A stretch of DNA of 58,909 nucleotides, filler included, from Platydemus manokwari (lineage: Eukaryota): NCBI GenBank assembly GCA_037951405.1. It is 6 parts of 6 records of this genome, joined end to end, with 100 filler letters (N's around TTAATTAATTAA, not from the genome) between each part and the next. Parts side by side here need not be neighbours in the genome. Positions count along the whole stretch, not along the records: positions 36,458 to 49,691 come from JBBMOY011791394.1; positions 49,792 to 58,909 come from JBBMOY011296984.1; 4 more parts are not named here. The stretch is one strand, 5' to 3'. Shown here piece by piece: positions 39,238 through 51,859 of this stretch. Position 1 is the stretch's first letter. Every line of letters starts with the position of its first letter. The translations under genes were made by a program, and so were the position numbers. Under the pieces are notes generated by a model. It saw only the letters and a program-made list of their open reading frames with translations, did not search any database and was not told the origin of the DNA.

Positions 39238-42200
39238 GATTTCAAATAGAAGCACTTTATGATTGGCTTGAAATGTTTAAACTAGGAATAGCTGGTATCG
39301 GATATCTCACATTCGAAATTATACTTTGGGAAGCATGTGTATTTATGGGAGGTATGCATCAAATAAATTTTGATTTATAATTTAAATAATATATTATAAT
39401 GCGACAGAGTTATTATCTTTAAGCATTTGACAATAAGACTGTTCAATATTTATGAACAGATATTTTATCATTGGATTTGAATAAACTTGTTTTAAGTTTT
39501 AAGGTTGAATTCACCTTACCTTGTAATTATTATATATAAAAACCTATTCTTATGATAAAATTCTTTATGTCGATTAAGTAGGTTTTAAAAACCATAATTT
39601 TAAGCAAGCGGATAATTGCTATTGTGTTTCGAAACAAATACATAATCATGAGTGCAGAAAGTTTATTGATGAAACGAACCTAATCGCTTTAAATTTAGTC
39701 ATTTTATGTAAAATAAAAGTGGCTTAAATAAATGCTGAAATATATTTCAAAACTATATAGTTTATTTAATTATATTTACTTTAAAATATTTTTAATTTTT
39801 TATTGAAGTGTTTCAAAAGAATTTTTGTTGTTTGAAATAGATATTAAACACATTGTAGTAAAAATCTTCAAATTTCTTCATTTGATAAACGGGTCAAAGT
39901 AGGTCAAATTGGAATTATTGTAAATTAAGGAGAATCGCTTTTTATAATATTTGATATAAATTGTATTTTTAAACATATATGAGCAGTTTACTAAGTCGAT
40001 TTATAATGAAAAAATATATCTAAACCAATTTCAAATGCACAAAATCAAATCAAAAAGTAATACACAACTCAGTCTCGAATCTTATGTATAAATGCTGATG
40101 GAAAGATAGCCAGCTGAGGAGTAAACCTATTCATCTTAATATTCATAAATTTGCAAAACATCTTAGCCAATAACAGCGTCATTTTTATTAACAGCCATAT
40201 ATTTATATTTAATAATCCATTGTATATTTGTTATAAATTGAATTCTTCTTTTTCTACAGTATTACTAAATAATTGAGAATAAATGTTGGAATTATTTCTA
40301 TTTTTCTTTTTAAGCAAACCAAAGCATATTTTTTCTGATAAACATTCTTTGAAAATATTATTTAATTATTATGCTCTAAAAATTAGGAATGAAAAGAATT
40401 TTCAAAATTAATTTTAATTTTTAATATAAATATTCGTCTATATTAACTGAATACATAAAGTAATTTTTATATTTATCTATGCGGGAAAATTTTCTGCATC
40501 TATTATAAATTTAAAATTTAGGACTCATCGGAAAAATTGAACTTGCGACACAAGCGATAATGATGCAAATGCTGTCAATATCGTTTATGGTACTAATTTG
40601 TTTTTAAAATTTATCTTTACTTGATTAAAATTTCATTTTTCAATTAAATGAGGTGTTCATTTAAGCAACATGCCGCACCATTATTCATCCATAAAAATAA
40701 ATTAATTCTAGTCATAGAATATTGTCATAGTGTTATCTTATAGTGACTCATTGAAAATGGATAAAGATATTAGATAATATTATAAATGTTAATATCGTTT
40801 TACAAAATCAAACTTACAAAACCTAACTAAAAATATTTTGATAATTTAATTTCCAATATTAATTGATCATTGCGGACGAATAGGAAAGGTTTCCCAAATT
40901 TTAGACAACCTATCTTCAATGAATGGATATAGATTTACAAAGATTCAATTAATATCTTAAACAACGAAGTGTGGCATTATAATTTAAAAATATTATATTT
41001 ATAAATATATTTTTTGTTTTCAAAATTGAATCTCAAATTTATCCCTTTTAAAGATACACAACGGATCAGGAATTTCTTGTAATATTCGTGTTGGTCAATG
41101 TCTCGGTGCAAATAATCCAACTCTTGCCAAATTAGCTTACAGAGCTTCATTAACGGTCACAGGTAGCTTATGAATTCTGTTTATATAATACCAATAAATG
41201 TTTCACCCGAATTATTGTTTAGCAATTTCTGTTACAATATTATCTTCACTGATTATCGGCTTGAGATATCAAATTCCTTTAATGTTTACTAATAAACCGT
41301 GAGTATAATTACAATACATAATTGATAATTATATTATTATATATTTAGTGATATCGTCAAAATGGCGACGGAAGTATTTCCATACATTTATTTAATAATA
41401 TTGACAGATCCTTTCTTCGTGAGTATTGATTATAAGATGTCACTTACTAACTTTATCAGGGAGTAGCGGCAGGAGCTTTCAGGGGTTGTGGTCGACAGTT
41501 TACTGGTTGTGTAGTGATTTTTGTGTCATTATATGCTTTGAGTTTACCGTCATCGGTAATTCTGGGATTTGTGTTTCATTTCAGTATTAAAGGTAATGTT
41601 TTGGCATTTATACAAATTTTTGATAGATATAGCGTCCTCTGCATACACTGCACATATATCTTTCATATCTTCACTCGCTTTTTGAAGGAGGTGTCGAAAA
41701 AAGGATTTTTTGTCTACTTGACAATTCAATTGAGGGTTCTAGAAAAGGAAAAAAATAATATAGGCAAAACGACTGTTTTAACCTTGTGAAGCATAGTATG
41801 GTCTTTCTAATGATACAAAACACTTCGACAAACATCAAAACGGTTTCTGTAGGACAAACAGTATGATGTAATGACGAGAAATTATGCAACAATCTAATAA
41901 TAATAAATCTAACTACTGATCTTAAACTGAATGAAATTTATTTTTATTTAAGTTAAACAATAAACCATTTTAAATTTTTTTATTCGTCTTTCCGCTTTTA
42001 AGTACTTCCACAGAATTCATTTATTCATTATCTTTGAATCAGTAATTGGATTACGTTGGATTGTACCATTTATGTTTCTCAATACTTAAATTTAAGGAAT
42101 ATTTCGCCATTTAACTAAATCTTAAAATATTTAATTTTGATGTTATTTGTTTGTTAATGTATTGATCTATTCGCCGTCAGATATCATTCTCAGAAACCGA

Positions 42201-43298
42201 TCTAGGTGTTAAATATCTACAAAACTCTTAGAAATATAATTATTTATTATTATGATAATATTTATAAGTAATATTTCTTTCATAGGTATTTGGTCAGGTT
42301 TTACTATTGGCAGTGTTTCTGCGGTGATTCTTTGTATTATAATCTTGGAATGTCAAGACTGGAGTAAACAAGCAGACTTGGTTAGTTTTTACTTTTGTAA
42401 TGATTTTGAATGTACTTTTTAATGCTGTTATTATCTTTTTCTCTCATATTATGAGGATATATTAATAAGTGGTTTGAATTCTCTTGCTCTATTATCAATA
42501 TTTATGCAGAGAGCAAATGGTATCGAAAATAAATTTTTGAAAACATTAAAGAACAGACATAAATATTGCCAAATAATATTTCCCACAAATATAAACGGAA
42601 ATAGCTCTATTTGGCTAATCTCATAAAAACCGAAACATTTATACAAATAGGCTCTCACTTTTGGGTTTCAAGTGATTTCAAATATTAGAGGAATAAGAAA
42701 AACAGTATTATCAAGATACAATCCAATATATTCGAGTAGAAACTGCTATGGAAATAGTGTTGCTAAGGTTTTCAGATTTATGACAAGAAATTAATTTTGC
42801 TATTCAATGAAACAATATTCGTTAACAATCATCTCCTCCCAGCTTAACTTATTTGTGACAAGCATTTATTTGCTTATATTTTCGTTTAAAATTATCTCAA
42901 TCGGTAATGAAATATCTGTTTTCAGGCTCAACAAAGAGTTTCATCTAAAAATATCGATTCAAACGATGATGAAAACTCAAGTGAAACTACTTTTCGATTC
43001 AAACATTTCCAATATTTATTTTTCTTATTCAGGTCTACTTTCATCACACACAGAGGATATCAAGGACCAGAAGAAATTACCGCCACACATTAAAACTCCA
43101 CCTTTTTCGATTAGTCGTTTGACTGATATTGTAAAGCTTCCACATCCTCGACCATTGATTGATAAGTCGATAATCAACAAAAGAATCATCATATTGGGAT
43201 GTGTATTAATGTTCTTTCTGTGTGGATTATTTGTCCATTTATTTATTCCTAGATCATTATATTTACGATTTGCTAAAAACATGACAATAAATACTTGA
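39238..43298 (+). CDS. MATE family (SLC47A-like) transporter, 5' part missing; exons 39238-39351, 40522-40589, 41054-41162, 41223-41298, 41349-41418, 41460-41592, 42286-42380, 42926-42980, 43033-43298
   Basis: Phase-consistent GT-AG exons give GFQIEALYDWLEMFKLGI...FEIILWE, GLIGKIELATQAI, IRVGQCLGANNP, FTNKPDIVKMA, GAFRGCGRQ, GIWSG, DWSKQADLAQQRV and the extra C-terminal TM helix of animal MATE1 (KRIIILGCVLMFFLCGLFVH). Confidence 0.93.
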
Positions 43299-45392
43299 TT
43301 ATATGATATCGTGCAATAATTTATGTTAAAAACCGTGAGTAGAATGTAATAATGAAATAAAAATATTTATAAAAACCTTTATTTCAATCCGAATAATTAC
43401 CGACATTGACGCTTTTTATTTTTTTAAAAAAAGCGCTAAAGGGAACTTCTCTCATGATTTTTCAACATAAAAATTGATGTTGATCGTGCAAATCTGAATT
43501 GGACTAATCTAATTTGATATTTTCTAAAAAATTTTATAGCGAAATTCATAGAACCAAATATTAATTTGTATTCCATCTATTTCTAAGTTCTATATAATTG
43601 ATCACATGAGGAAATAAGTGGCATCAAGTCAAAATAAAGGACGAAAGAAAGTTCTGTACTTCAAACAATTATTATTTCATTTCTAATCCAGGCCATGATA
43701 TTCAAAATTGATAATACTGATGCTCACTACATCGAATAAACTTATTATTAAATAAAAGCGAAAACACCATTGAAATTCAAAAATCTTTTTTCAATCATTG
43801 TAAAAGATATACCAAAATAAGATGCTTGTAAAAATGTCGTAAAATAATACAAATTTTAGTTTTATTGAATAGCTGTAAATAATTTTAATATTGATAAAAT
43901 AAAAATAAAAAAAATATTAAAAAATAATTTAGGTTCATGTACAACATAAAGGAGGTTTTGAAAATATTTTTCATTAGTACGCAACTCATTGCATGTTTTC
44001 ATATATTGTAAAAAAAATGATTGATTATCGATTGTTCCTATTAAATTTATAACAAACTGTTAGTGATCAGTCTTCCATCCCAATCATTATTTCAAATCTT
44101 ATTATTACTACGACTGAGCGACACAAATTGAAATGTATATCAAAAATTATGATTAAATCTTCCAAACTTTTTTTCACCATTTAAATCAGTTTTATAAAAA
44201 AGTGACTTCAAAATTATTGAGAAGTGCCAGGAACAAGGTACGTGTGTTTTCTCTCAAAATAAGTATATTTATATCTATTTAATATATTGGGTCCCAAACC
44301 TGTATAATGAAATGAAGATTTGATCCAAATCAAATAAATCGTACAGGTAAAGATGCCACAAATATGGACTTGGTTCAACAATTCAGCCTTGTCCCTTTTC
44401 GACATTCACACAAAAAATTATATTTACAAAATGTTATCCATTAGTAAACTAACAGTCAACAAATATTGACAATTTTTATAAAAATAAAACCAACCATTTA
44501 AAATTATTTATTGAGATACAACAAAATTTGTAGATTTCTCGCCAATGAAGAAATGTCTTGGCATATAAATATAATTCGAGGCTTAAATATCGTCTTAGAA
44601 ATTGTCGAGGAATATTTTGAAAGTGTTAACTATAGTAGCGGGCATCGAATACATGGTTTTTGATTGTTAAAGTTGATTTTTGGTTTTTAATCTAAAATTG
44701 AATTTTATGTAAAAATTTCATTAAAAAATCTTTACAAATAAATTTTAATATCAAATAACTCACAAAAACACATTACTTTAAAATTTGGTGAAAGGACCTT
44801 TTTTCTTAGCTTAATCCTTTTATTTATTTAGAACACTTTGTCTTGATTTCCTATTAGTGTAAAATGTTTCGACATCATATTTTCAAAGTTCTCATAAATA
44901 TTTCAGTAAAAACAGCTTTACCTTTATTTAGATGGAATATCTAAATTCCTTATTTAATTATAATTATAAGAAATTTCATAATTTGCAAGATGATTTTTGA
45001 AGATTCGTATCCACTCGTGTAAAATTAAGCACAGGACTTTCTTTATTTGAAGAATTTAGAATCTTTAGTTGACATTCCACAGGATAGTAACCAGTACTAA
45101 ATTCATTTCAAAACTTATAATTTTTAATCGCCTCCATCAACACCAAAACGTCTTAATTTCAAACTTAACATATTTATTCCTACCTCTCATACTCATTCGT
45201 TTTATTCGTATTTATATTATTCATATTATTCATATTCATACAATGCTTATCATTTGTACAACAATATTCATATTATTTATCATATTTAATATGATATTTA
45301 GTTTTATTATGTTTTGATTTATTCAAATTTGGAATTTCTTTATTACGAATCTCCTAACGACTTTAATCATACATTTTTTTTTAATTTTAAAA

Positions 45393-45575
45393 ATGGCATT
45401 TCTTTGTAACGGTAATAAAATAAAATTTAATTATCATTGAAATATTCCCTTTTCTTTTACAATGATAATTATGAGAAGTTCAGGTTATGGAAAAACTAAG
45501 TTACTCTTGAAAATGTTATAAACACCAAGATTGTTTTTATTATGACAATTTTATAATATTTTCAAGAAAAATATT
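45393..45575 (+). mobile_element. Maverick/Polinton packaging ATPase (A32/FtsK-like) relic
   Basis: NIPFSFTMIIMRSSGYGKTKLLLKML*TP / YDNFIIFSR resembles Maverick P.SFR.LI.G.SG.GKT.LL..LL....DY.N..IFS. The first Walker A Gly is changed to Arg; a stop and a frameshift follow. Confidence 0.6.
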
Positions 45576-47198
45576 AAATTTGAACTCATGGAAATAAGAA
45601 TTGATTATCAAAGTGAAGTTTTATAAAAATATTTGTAGATCAAGATAAATTTGAAAAAAATTTAATTGTTAGATAAAATTGTTAATTTTATGCAGAAAAA
45701 TTTTTGTTCGAACAATGTGATAACATCATTTCAATAATCATGGCTTCTAAATTTAATCAAATTATGAATCGTTACTATTAAATAAATATAAACAAACTGA
45801 TTATTTCTTTTGCATTTATTTTATCTTCATCAGTTAATATATTAGCCTCACAAATCACTTTATAAAGTTATTACTGATTTTCATTCATAACATTTTCGAT
45901 TCAATCTTTTTTATGATTAACATAACATGTTTATAACCTAAATAATCTAGAGCATTTAGCAGATAGCTAATTTTATTGGCTTCGATTTTTTATAAAAATC
46001 TTATAAGAAAATATCAAATGGGGATCATTTTCTTTATATAATTTTTTATATCTTCATGATCTTTGTTCGTTAAAGAATCATAAAATATTATAAATTCTGG
46101 CAGATTATTTTTACAGGTTTATCATGAATAAAATTACCAATAAATGGAGTAATCTTATGGGAAATAATGAATTCAATAACTATAAAACTATTCATATAAA
46201 TACAATAACACAGCTTTTACGGAAAATTATTTTGTAAAATTTCGATAAGAGTTTGAAATACGTTGGCCGATACCCGTAAACTTTTTAATTGATGTAGAAA
46301 TGAAAATAAATTATGTCGAGTTATGCCATCACAGCTTTTAAAGAGTAATTCCATGAATTCAGAATTCATGAATGTAATAGTAAAAATGTTAGGTTCTACA
46401 GTGGTTAATCATAAATGAAAAAATTTTGAAATTATTTTTAAAAATTTGGCAGAGTAAAGTTTAATTAATTCTCAAGATTTCGAGATATTAAAATTCAGAA
46501 TGTAACAGAAATGCATCGCATACGTTTTTAATCAGTTTTTACGAGATGATTTATGGCCCGGTGCCATAAAATGATTTCATTGAATTGAGATATTCTGCTG
46601 ATATGATGTCAAAAGTCAGTGGAATTTTAAAGGAATTGTCATTGAATAATAGTAAAACATAGAAAATTTTGGAAATTGTCAAGAAAAATATATCGATGTT
46701 TCGAAGTTTAGGCGGGTTAATAAATTAGCTAGAACCTAATATATTCTAGTTTCAAAAGTATGTTTACGTTGTGTGAAAAAATTTGAATAACTCCTGATAA
46801 ATGGATTTCCTTACCTAATAGAAATATTGGTAAACCTCCTGAGAAATTAGAACTAACTAAATTACTTAATAAATTTTACGTCTTTAAATAATTTAGCAAT
46901 CTCTGGAATTTATTCACCAGAAAACCTGGAGCAGGCTAGACATAACCTACTGTTTCCATTAAAAGGCGACATATTATAACCTAGTTAATCGATAATTTCT
47001 AATTAAAGTGAAAAAGAAAAGGTAATTACAAGTAATTGTTGAGCCTTAATCATAAGGTGACACTCATTATAATGAAATAAAATCTGAGGAAATTTTATAT
47101 TTTTTGGGCAGCTCTCTCTATCTTTTTGATTAGAATGTATGTTTTGTTTACATTTATAAAAGTTCTTGAAACAAAATACTGTCCACATATCTTTTATA

Positions 47199-47972
47199 TT
47201 GGGTTGGTACATAAGTTCGTGCGGTTTTTTACAATTATGAAAAATGCATATTGATCAAGAACAAAATCCATGCAAAAAATTCCAGATAACAAAATGAATT
47301 TATGAAATCATTAGAAAAAACAAATATCTCAGATATTCTCCGTCACAATCGATCACTTCCTTCCACCATTCTGACAGTTCATCAACCCCACATTTGAAGA
47401 AGCTTATTAATTTTTGCTTCTTCATTTTCAAATATGAGACCAGAACGATGGTTCAACATGGAGCGGAAAGATAAAAATCTTTTGGGGCTAGGTCGGACAA
47501 ATATGGATCATGGGGAAGAATTTTCCAACTTTGTCATTGTGGTGACATGAGGTCGAGCATTGTCATGGTGTAAAATTATTGTTTTTGACTGGTCTTCTTC
47601 GCTTTGATTACAGTGTTTACTCGCTTGGGTTGTTCACAATAAAGTTCGGTATTCATTGTTTGGTTTCTTGGCAAGATTTCGCAATGAAAAACACCAATTT
47701 GGTTTCACCAAACGCACAACAAGATTTCGCGTTGATGAACTTCGGGTTCCGCACCTGTTTGAGGCTGGTTTTTGGGACTTATCAAAGCATTTTTGTGTTT
47801 CAAATTTACATACAGGCACCATTTCTCATCACTTGTTACGAGCCTGGAAAGCAAAGATTTATGTTGCTGCACAGCAGATTGATGGTGAACGAGAAAGATG
47901 CACAGATCGAAACACGTTGATTTTTGTGACTTTCTTTGAGAAGGTGAAGTGTCCATGATCCAAGCTTTTGGA
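47199..47972 (-). mobile_element. Mariner (DD34D) transposon, 5' truncated and decayed, with its 3' TIR
   Basis: KLGSWTLHLLKESHKNQRVSIC (WVPHEL-like), RLVTSDEKWCLYVN, LLCVW, ILHHDNARPH, PYLSDLAPKDFY. TIR is TA + TTGGGTTGGTACATAAGTTCGTGCGGTTT at 47197-47227. Confidence 0.93.
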
Positions 47973-48461
47973 AAAATAGTGATGCTATCACAATCCGATT
48001 TGTTATAAATTAGTATGAATATAGAATCAAAGGATTCCCATTCGGTTTACTAATTTTGAAAAGAGTATGGTAACACTTTCTCAGAATACTCATCTTGGAG
48101 TACTATCCAACCAAATCTGATTCCAATAAAAAGTTTTTTTATGATATAAAAACCGATAACGGGATTATAAATGAAAATTAAAATACCATATTGAAATTAA
48201 TCATTAATACGGACCTCATTTATACGGACAGATCTCATTTCAAATTATAATTAATTTGATGATTTTAGGGGTCTGTAGTTTTATTTTATTTGAATTTCAA
48301 AGTTTGAAATTTTTTTTGCTTTGGCAATATCTGAGTCTAATCAGCTAATCGGGTAATCACTAAAGCTAATATTTTTATATTTCTTCGCCTCGATCACATC
48401 AATCCACGTATGAAGACGGGATGGGTGGCTCTAGATATTGCAATAAAGATTTATATTATTA

Positions 48462-48880
48462 TTAACCCTTAACTACTTTAACTATATCTTGCCAAAAAGA
48501 TGATGAGATGATTTTTGATGATGATAATTTTTACTGAAAATGATTTGTGGAACCTAGTGGCACTTGCCAATTTACTATTAAGAAGACAATTTCTTTGATA
48601 AAAGTTTATTAATATGAATTATTACAATTAACTAAATAAAAATGACTACTTTTATACAACTAGCACTTCTTTTATACGATTATAACAAGTATGGTTAAAT
48701 ATATCAATACTTTTATACACTGAAACGATGGAACAATTATGGCACAATTCCAGATAAGCTTCGGTAACAATTCTCCAACAGAGGTATAACCGGATGTTAA
48801 AGATATTTGGGCTTAGCCCTATAAATAGGAAGAATATTTATTTTTTTATCAGTCACTGATGGATTAAATATACAAACGTT
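48462..48880 (+). mobile_element. Possible piggyBac-like left end with decayed transposase start
   Basis: TTAA + CCCTTAACTAC, then an acidic patch, FVEPSG and PDVKDIW; the protein similarity is weak. Confidence 0.3.
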
Positions 48881-48978
48881 CTTTTTTTAATTTCATTGTT
48901 AAATTTGTAAAGAATTTAATCTAATTTGTTAATCGGAGTATTTCTGTTCATTTTCTTATGAAAACTTTGAAAAATATC

Positions 48979-49600
48979 TTACGGGTCATATTTTTTGAGG
49001 ATTTTATATCCTTTTCCTCTATTTATATTTCCTAATTTATTTAGTTTTGTTAAATATTTATGGAATTTTGTAACACTATTATGTCCTCCTTACCTGACTG
49101 AAAATAATTTTCCTATTTCACAAAACAACCCTATTGGATTTTTTAAACCTGTTCCTCACATACTAGATTCATCTTTAATTTTAAATGTTTTTTATTCTTT
49201 TTTCCTTTAATAAATTTTGTAAATATTTAGTATATCTAAAATTTTTAAAAAAGTTTTTTCAAAAATTTTAAAATAAGTATGGATATCATGTTAGAAAGAA
49301 CTCCACACATTTTTATTTTTGTTTTCATTCATTAAAATAATCTTTAATAAATTCTCAGTAATTTCAAATTTGAATTCAAATTTTTATCACCTGATTTTGT
49401 AATCAATAATTCTGTATTATAAATTTTCAAAATTTGTAATTCCTTTTTATTTGATGTTTTATTTTTTAATGTTGTTACAATATAATTTTGGTTACAGTTT
49501 TAAATTTGGCAATTTATATGTTCCCAATTTAAATATTCCGATATCAATATAATCAAGTTATATATCATTTTCTTTTAATAGATATTATTCTTACTATTTT
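48979..49600 (-). mobile_element. Maverick/adintovirus-type accessory ORF relic
   Basis: Decayed frame with GIFKLG, FEITENLLKII and C-terminal GTGLKNPIGLFCEIGKLFSVR*GGHNSVTKFHKYLTKLNKLGNI, resembling the G.GL...P..L..RL.LL....AGHN...EI..I...L...G.I tail I recall from Maverick ORFs. Confidence 0.45.
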
Positions 49601-49691
49601 CAAACCCTTCTCTAATTATAGATCAATGGATTCTCAATATTGGAGCGGATATGATAATTTTCGAAATATTGAAAATTACTGATAGAAAATT

Positions 49692-49791
49692 NNNNNNNNN
49701 NNNNNNNNNNNNNNNNNNNNNNNNNNNNNNNNNNNTTAATTAATTAANNNNNNNNNNNNNNNNNNNNNNNNNNNNNNNNNNNNNNNNNNNN
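49692..49791. other. Artificial contig spacer
   Basis: N44-TTAATTAATTAA-N44. Confidence 0.98.
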
Positions 49792-51239
49792 TAACCAATG
49801 ATATTATTAAACATGTCTGTAATTAACTAACTCGATTTATAATTATAAAAATTTAAATTTAAAAACTCTAATAATCATATAGAAGTGTTGAGATTAGAAT
49901 GGGAACTTGGTTTTAAAACTATGTTTTGTCACTATTAGACATTAGAATTATACGAATAATTCAAACATAGCAGTTATATATAGAATTACGTTATAAAATT
50001 ATCTGATGCGCGAAAATTCATTATAACGAAAGTAGATCAAAGGACCCTTTTTCTTAACTTAATCCATATTTATTGGGATGTTTATTTGAATATATTGTTA
50101 AAAACAGATTATTTAAAAAAATAAAATATTTAAATAAATATTTTTAATTAAATTTATTTTAAATTTATTATTACATTTTTCTAAATATCGATTAATTCTT
50201 AATTTTCCTCACTAGTTGTTTAAGAAATTGATTATTTAACACACACGAGTTTTATTCTCTATGCGTTATATGATATCTACAAATATATGTAAAAATAAAT
50301 TCCCTTATTTCACTTATATAGATAGATCTTTCAAAATAAATATAATGACCAATCAGTGAATTTAGAGAATAAGATTGTTGCAGATGAAACCAGGCCAAGA
50401 TCACAGATGGAGTATAAACTGGTTATAAACTGAAAAAACCGTTAATAGTTTGTGAATCAACAAATCCAAAAAGATAATAGAAGATGAATATTGAGTTCGA
50501 ATTGTGTAACTATGTGTGAAATGAGAATGTTTATTTTCGGGTTGAGTATTTTTTCATAAAAAGTGATATGCCATTGTAGCATGGCTTAAAATAGGAGATA
50601 AGAAATCTCTAGTGAAACTAGTGCAGTTTTTAGTAAGGTTTTATATTCTAGAGTAAAGCACAGCTGGTGCAGTCACGTTTGTAAAATAAACTAGAACGTA
50701 AGTGATGTCACTTCATTTTCATTTATAACTTTTCAAACCAAATCATGATTCGGTTTATGCCCTATCTGCTGTGTACTGAATATAAAATATATTTTGTTTT
50801 TGTTTAATCAAAGTTTGAACCAAATTCTTTAGAAAGCATCAGATACAAAATAAGAGTCCCTTAAGTTTGAGAAGTTATTTTATTTCTTAATACATAAACG
50901 ATTTTAAATCGCAGAAATATTATCATACATAAAATTGAAATCTTAATAATATAATAGATTGTAAAAGAGATCATTTATTGAATAAAGCACTTCAAAGTCA
51001 TTATAACTTTGAGATTTTATTGCCGAATATTATTAAAGTGATTCATATATTTGAACTAATTTGGAAGTAGTATTAAAACAAATACATTAAATTGATTATG
51101 TATTTTATGTCTTCGTAAATTGTATGATAAATTATAATATTTTATTATTTCATATCACTTACTTTAATCAATAGATAATTATTGTAATTTTAAATAAATA
51201 TTTGTGTTTTTGATGTGAAATGTTGTTTCAATGTTTTAG

Positions 51240-51488
51240 GGTGATTCTGGAGGACCTATGGTATGTCGAAATACTAATAGTGAAGACTGGAAATTAGCAG
51301 GAATAGCTTCAGCAGGGACTGGATGTACTAAAATGTCGGATAGGATAATTTACACGAATATTTCTTTTTTTAAATCGTTCATCAATTTGTACATTGGCGA
51401 ACAAGATTTTTGTAGAAAATTTTCTGTGAAACTTCAGCTTTCTTTTATAATTTTTACATTTATGATTTTGGATTTAATCTTCGCATAG
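51240..51488 (+). CDS. Terminal exon of an S1 (trypsin-fold) serine protease with a hydrophobic C-terminal tail; upstream exons not in this contig
   Basis: Acceptor ttttag, then GDSGGPMVC...WKLAGIASAGTGC...IYTNISFFKSFIN with the catalytic Ser motif; ends LSFIIFTFMILDLIFA*. Confidence 0.9.
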   Translation, partial: GDSGGPMVCRNTNSEDWKLAGIASAGTGCTKMSDRIIYTNISFFKSFINLYIGEQDFCRKFSVKLQLSFIIFTFMILDLIFA

Positions 51489-51859
51489 AGTAGTTTAGAT
51501 TGATATTTATTTGATAGGACTAACATAATTAGAATTGTATTCCCCAAATATATTTATCTGGTTTTCTACTATATATTGATTTTTTAAAGGTTCCGTAAAT
51601 AATCCAGAGCTAAGAGTTTATGTGTGTATAAGTCAATGAACCAATCAAGGTTAAAATGCAAAACATTAATTTGAATGTTTCGATAACGTAAATGAAAAAC
51701 CCTTGGGTGAGGTCTGACCACCACTAATTATCAGTGACCTCAGTGCAAGCAATATCGAATATTCTAAAGGAAATAAAAAATTAAATAAAAATTAAATAAT
51801 AAGGACGTTTTATTGTTTTCAATGTGCTAATGGTCAGTCAGAGAAGATTTGACAATTCA

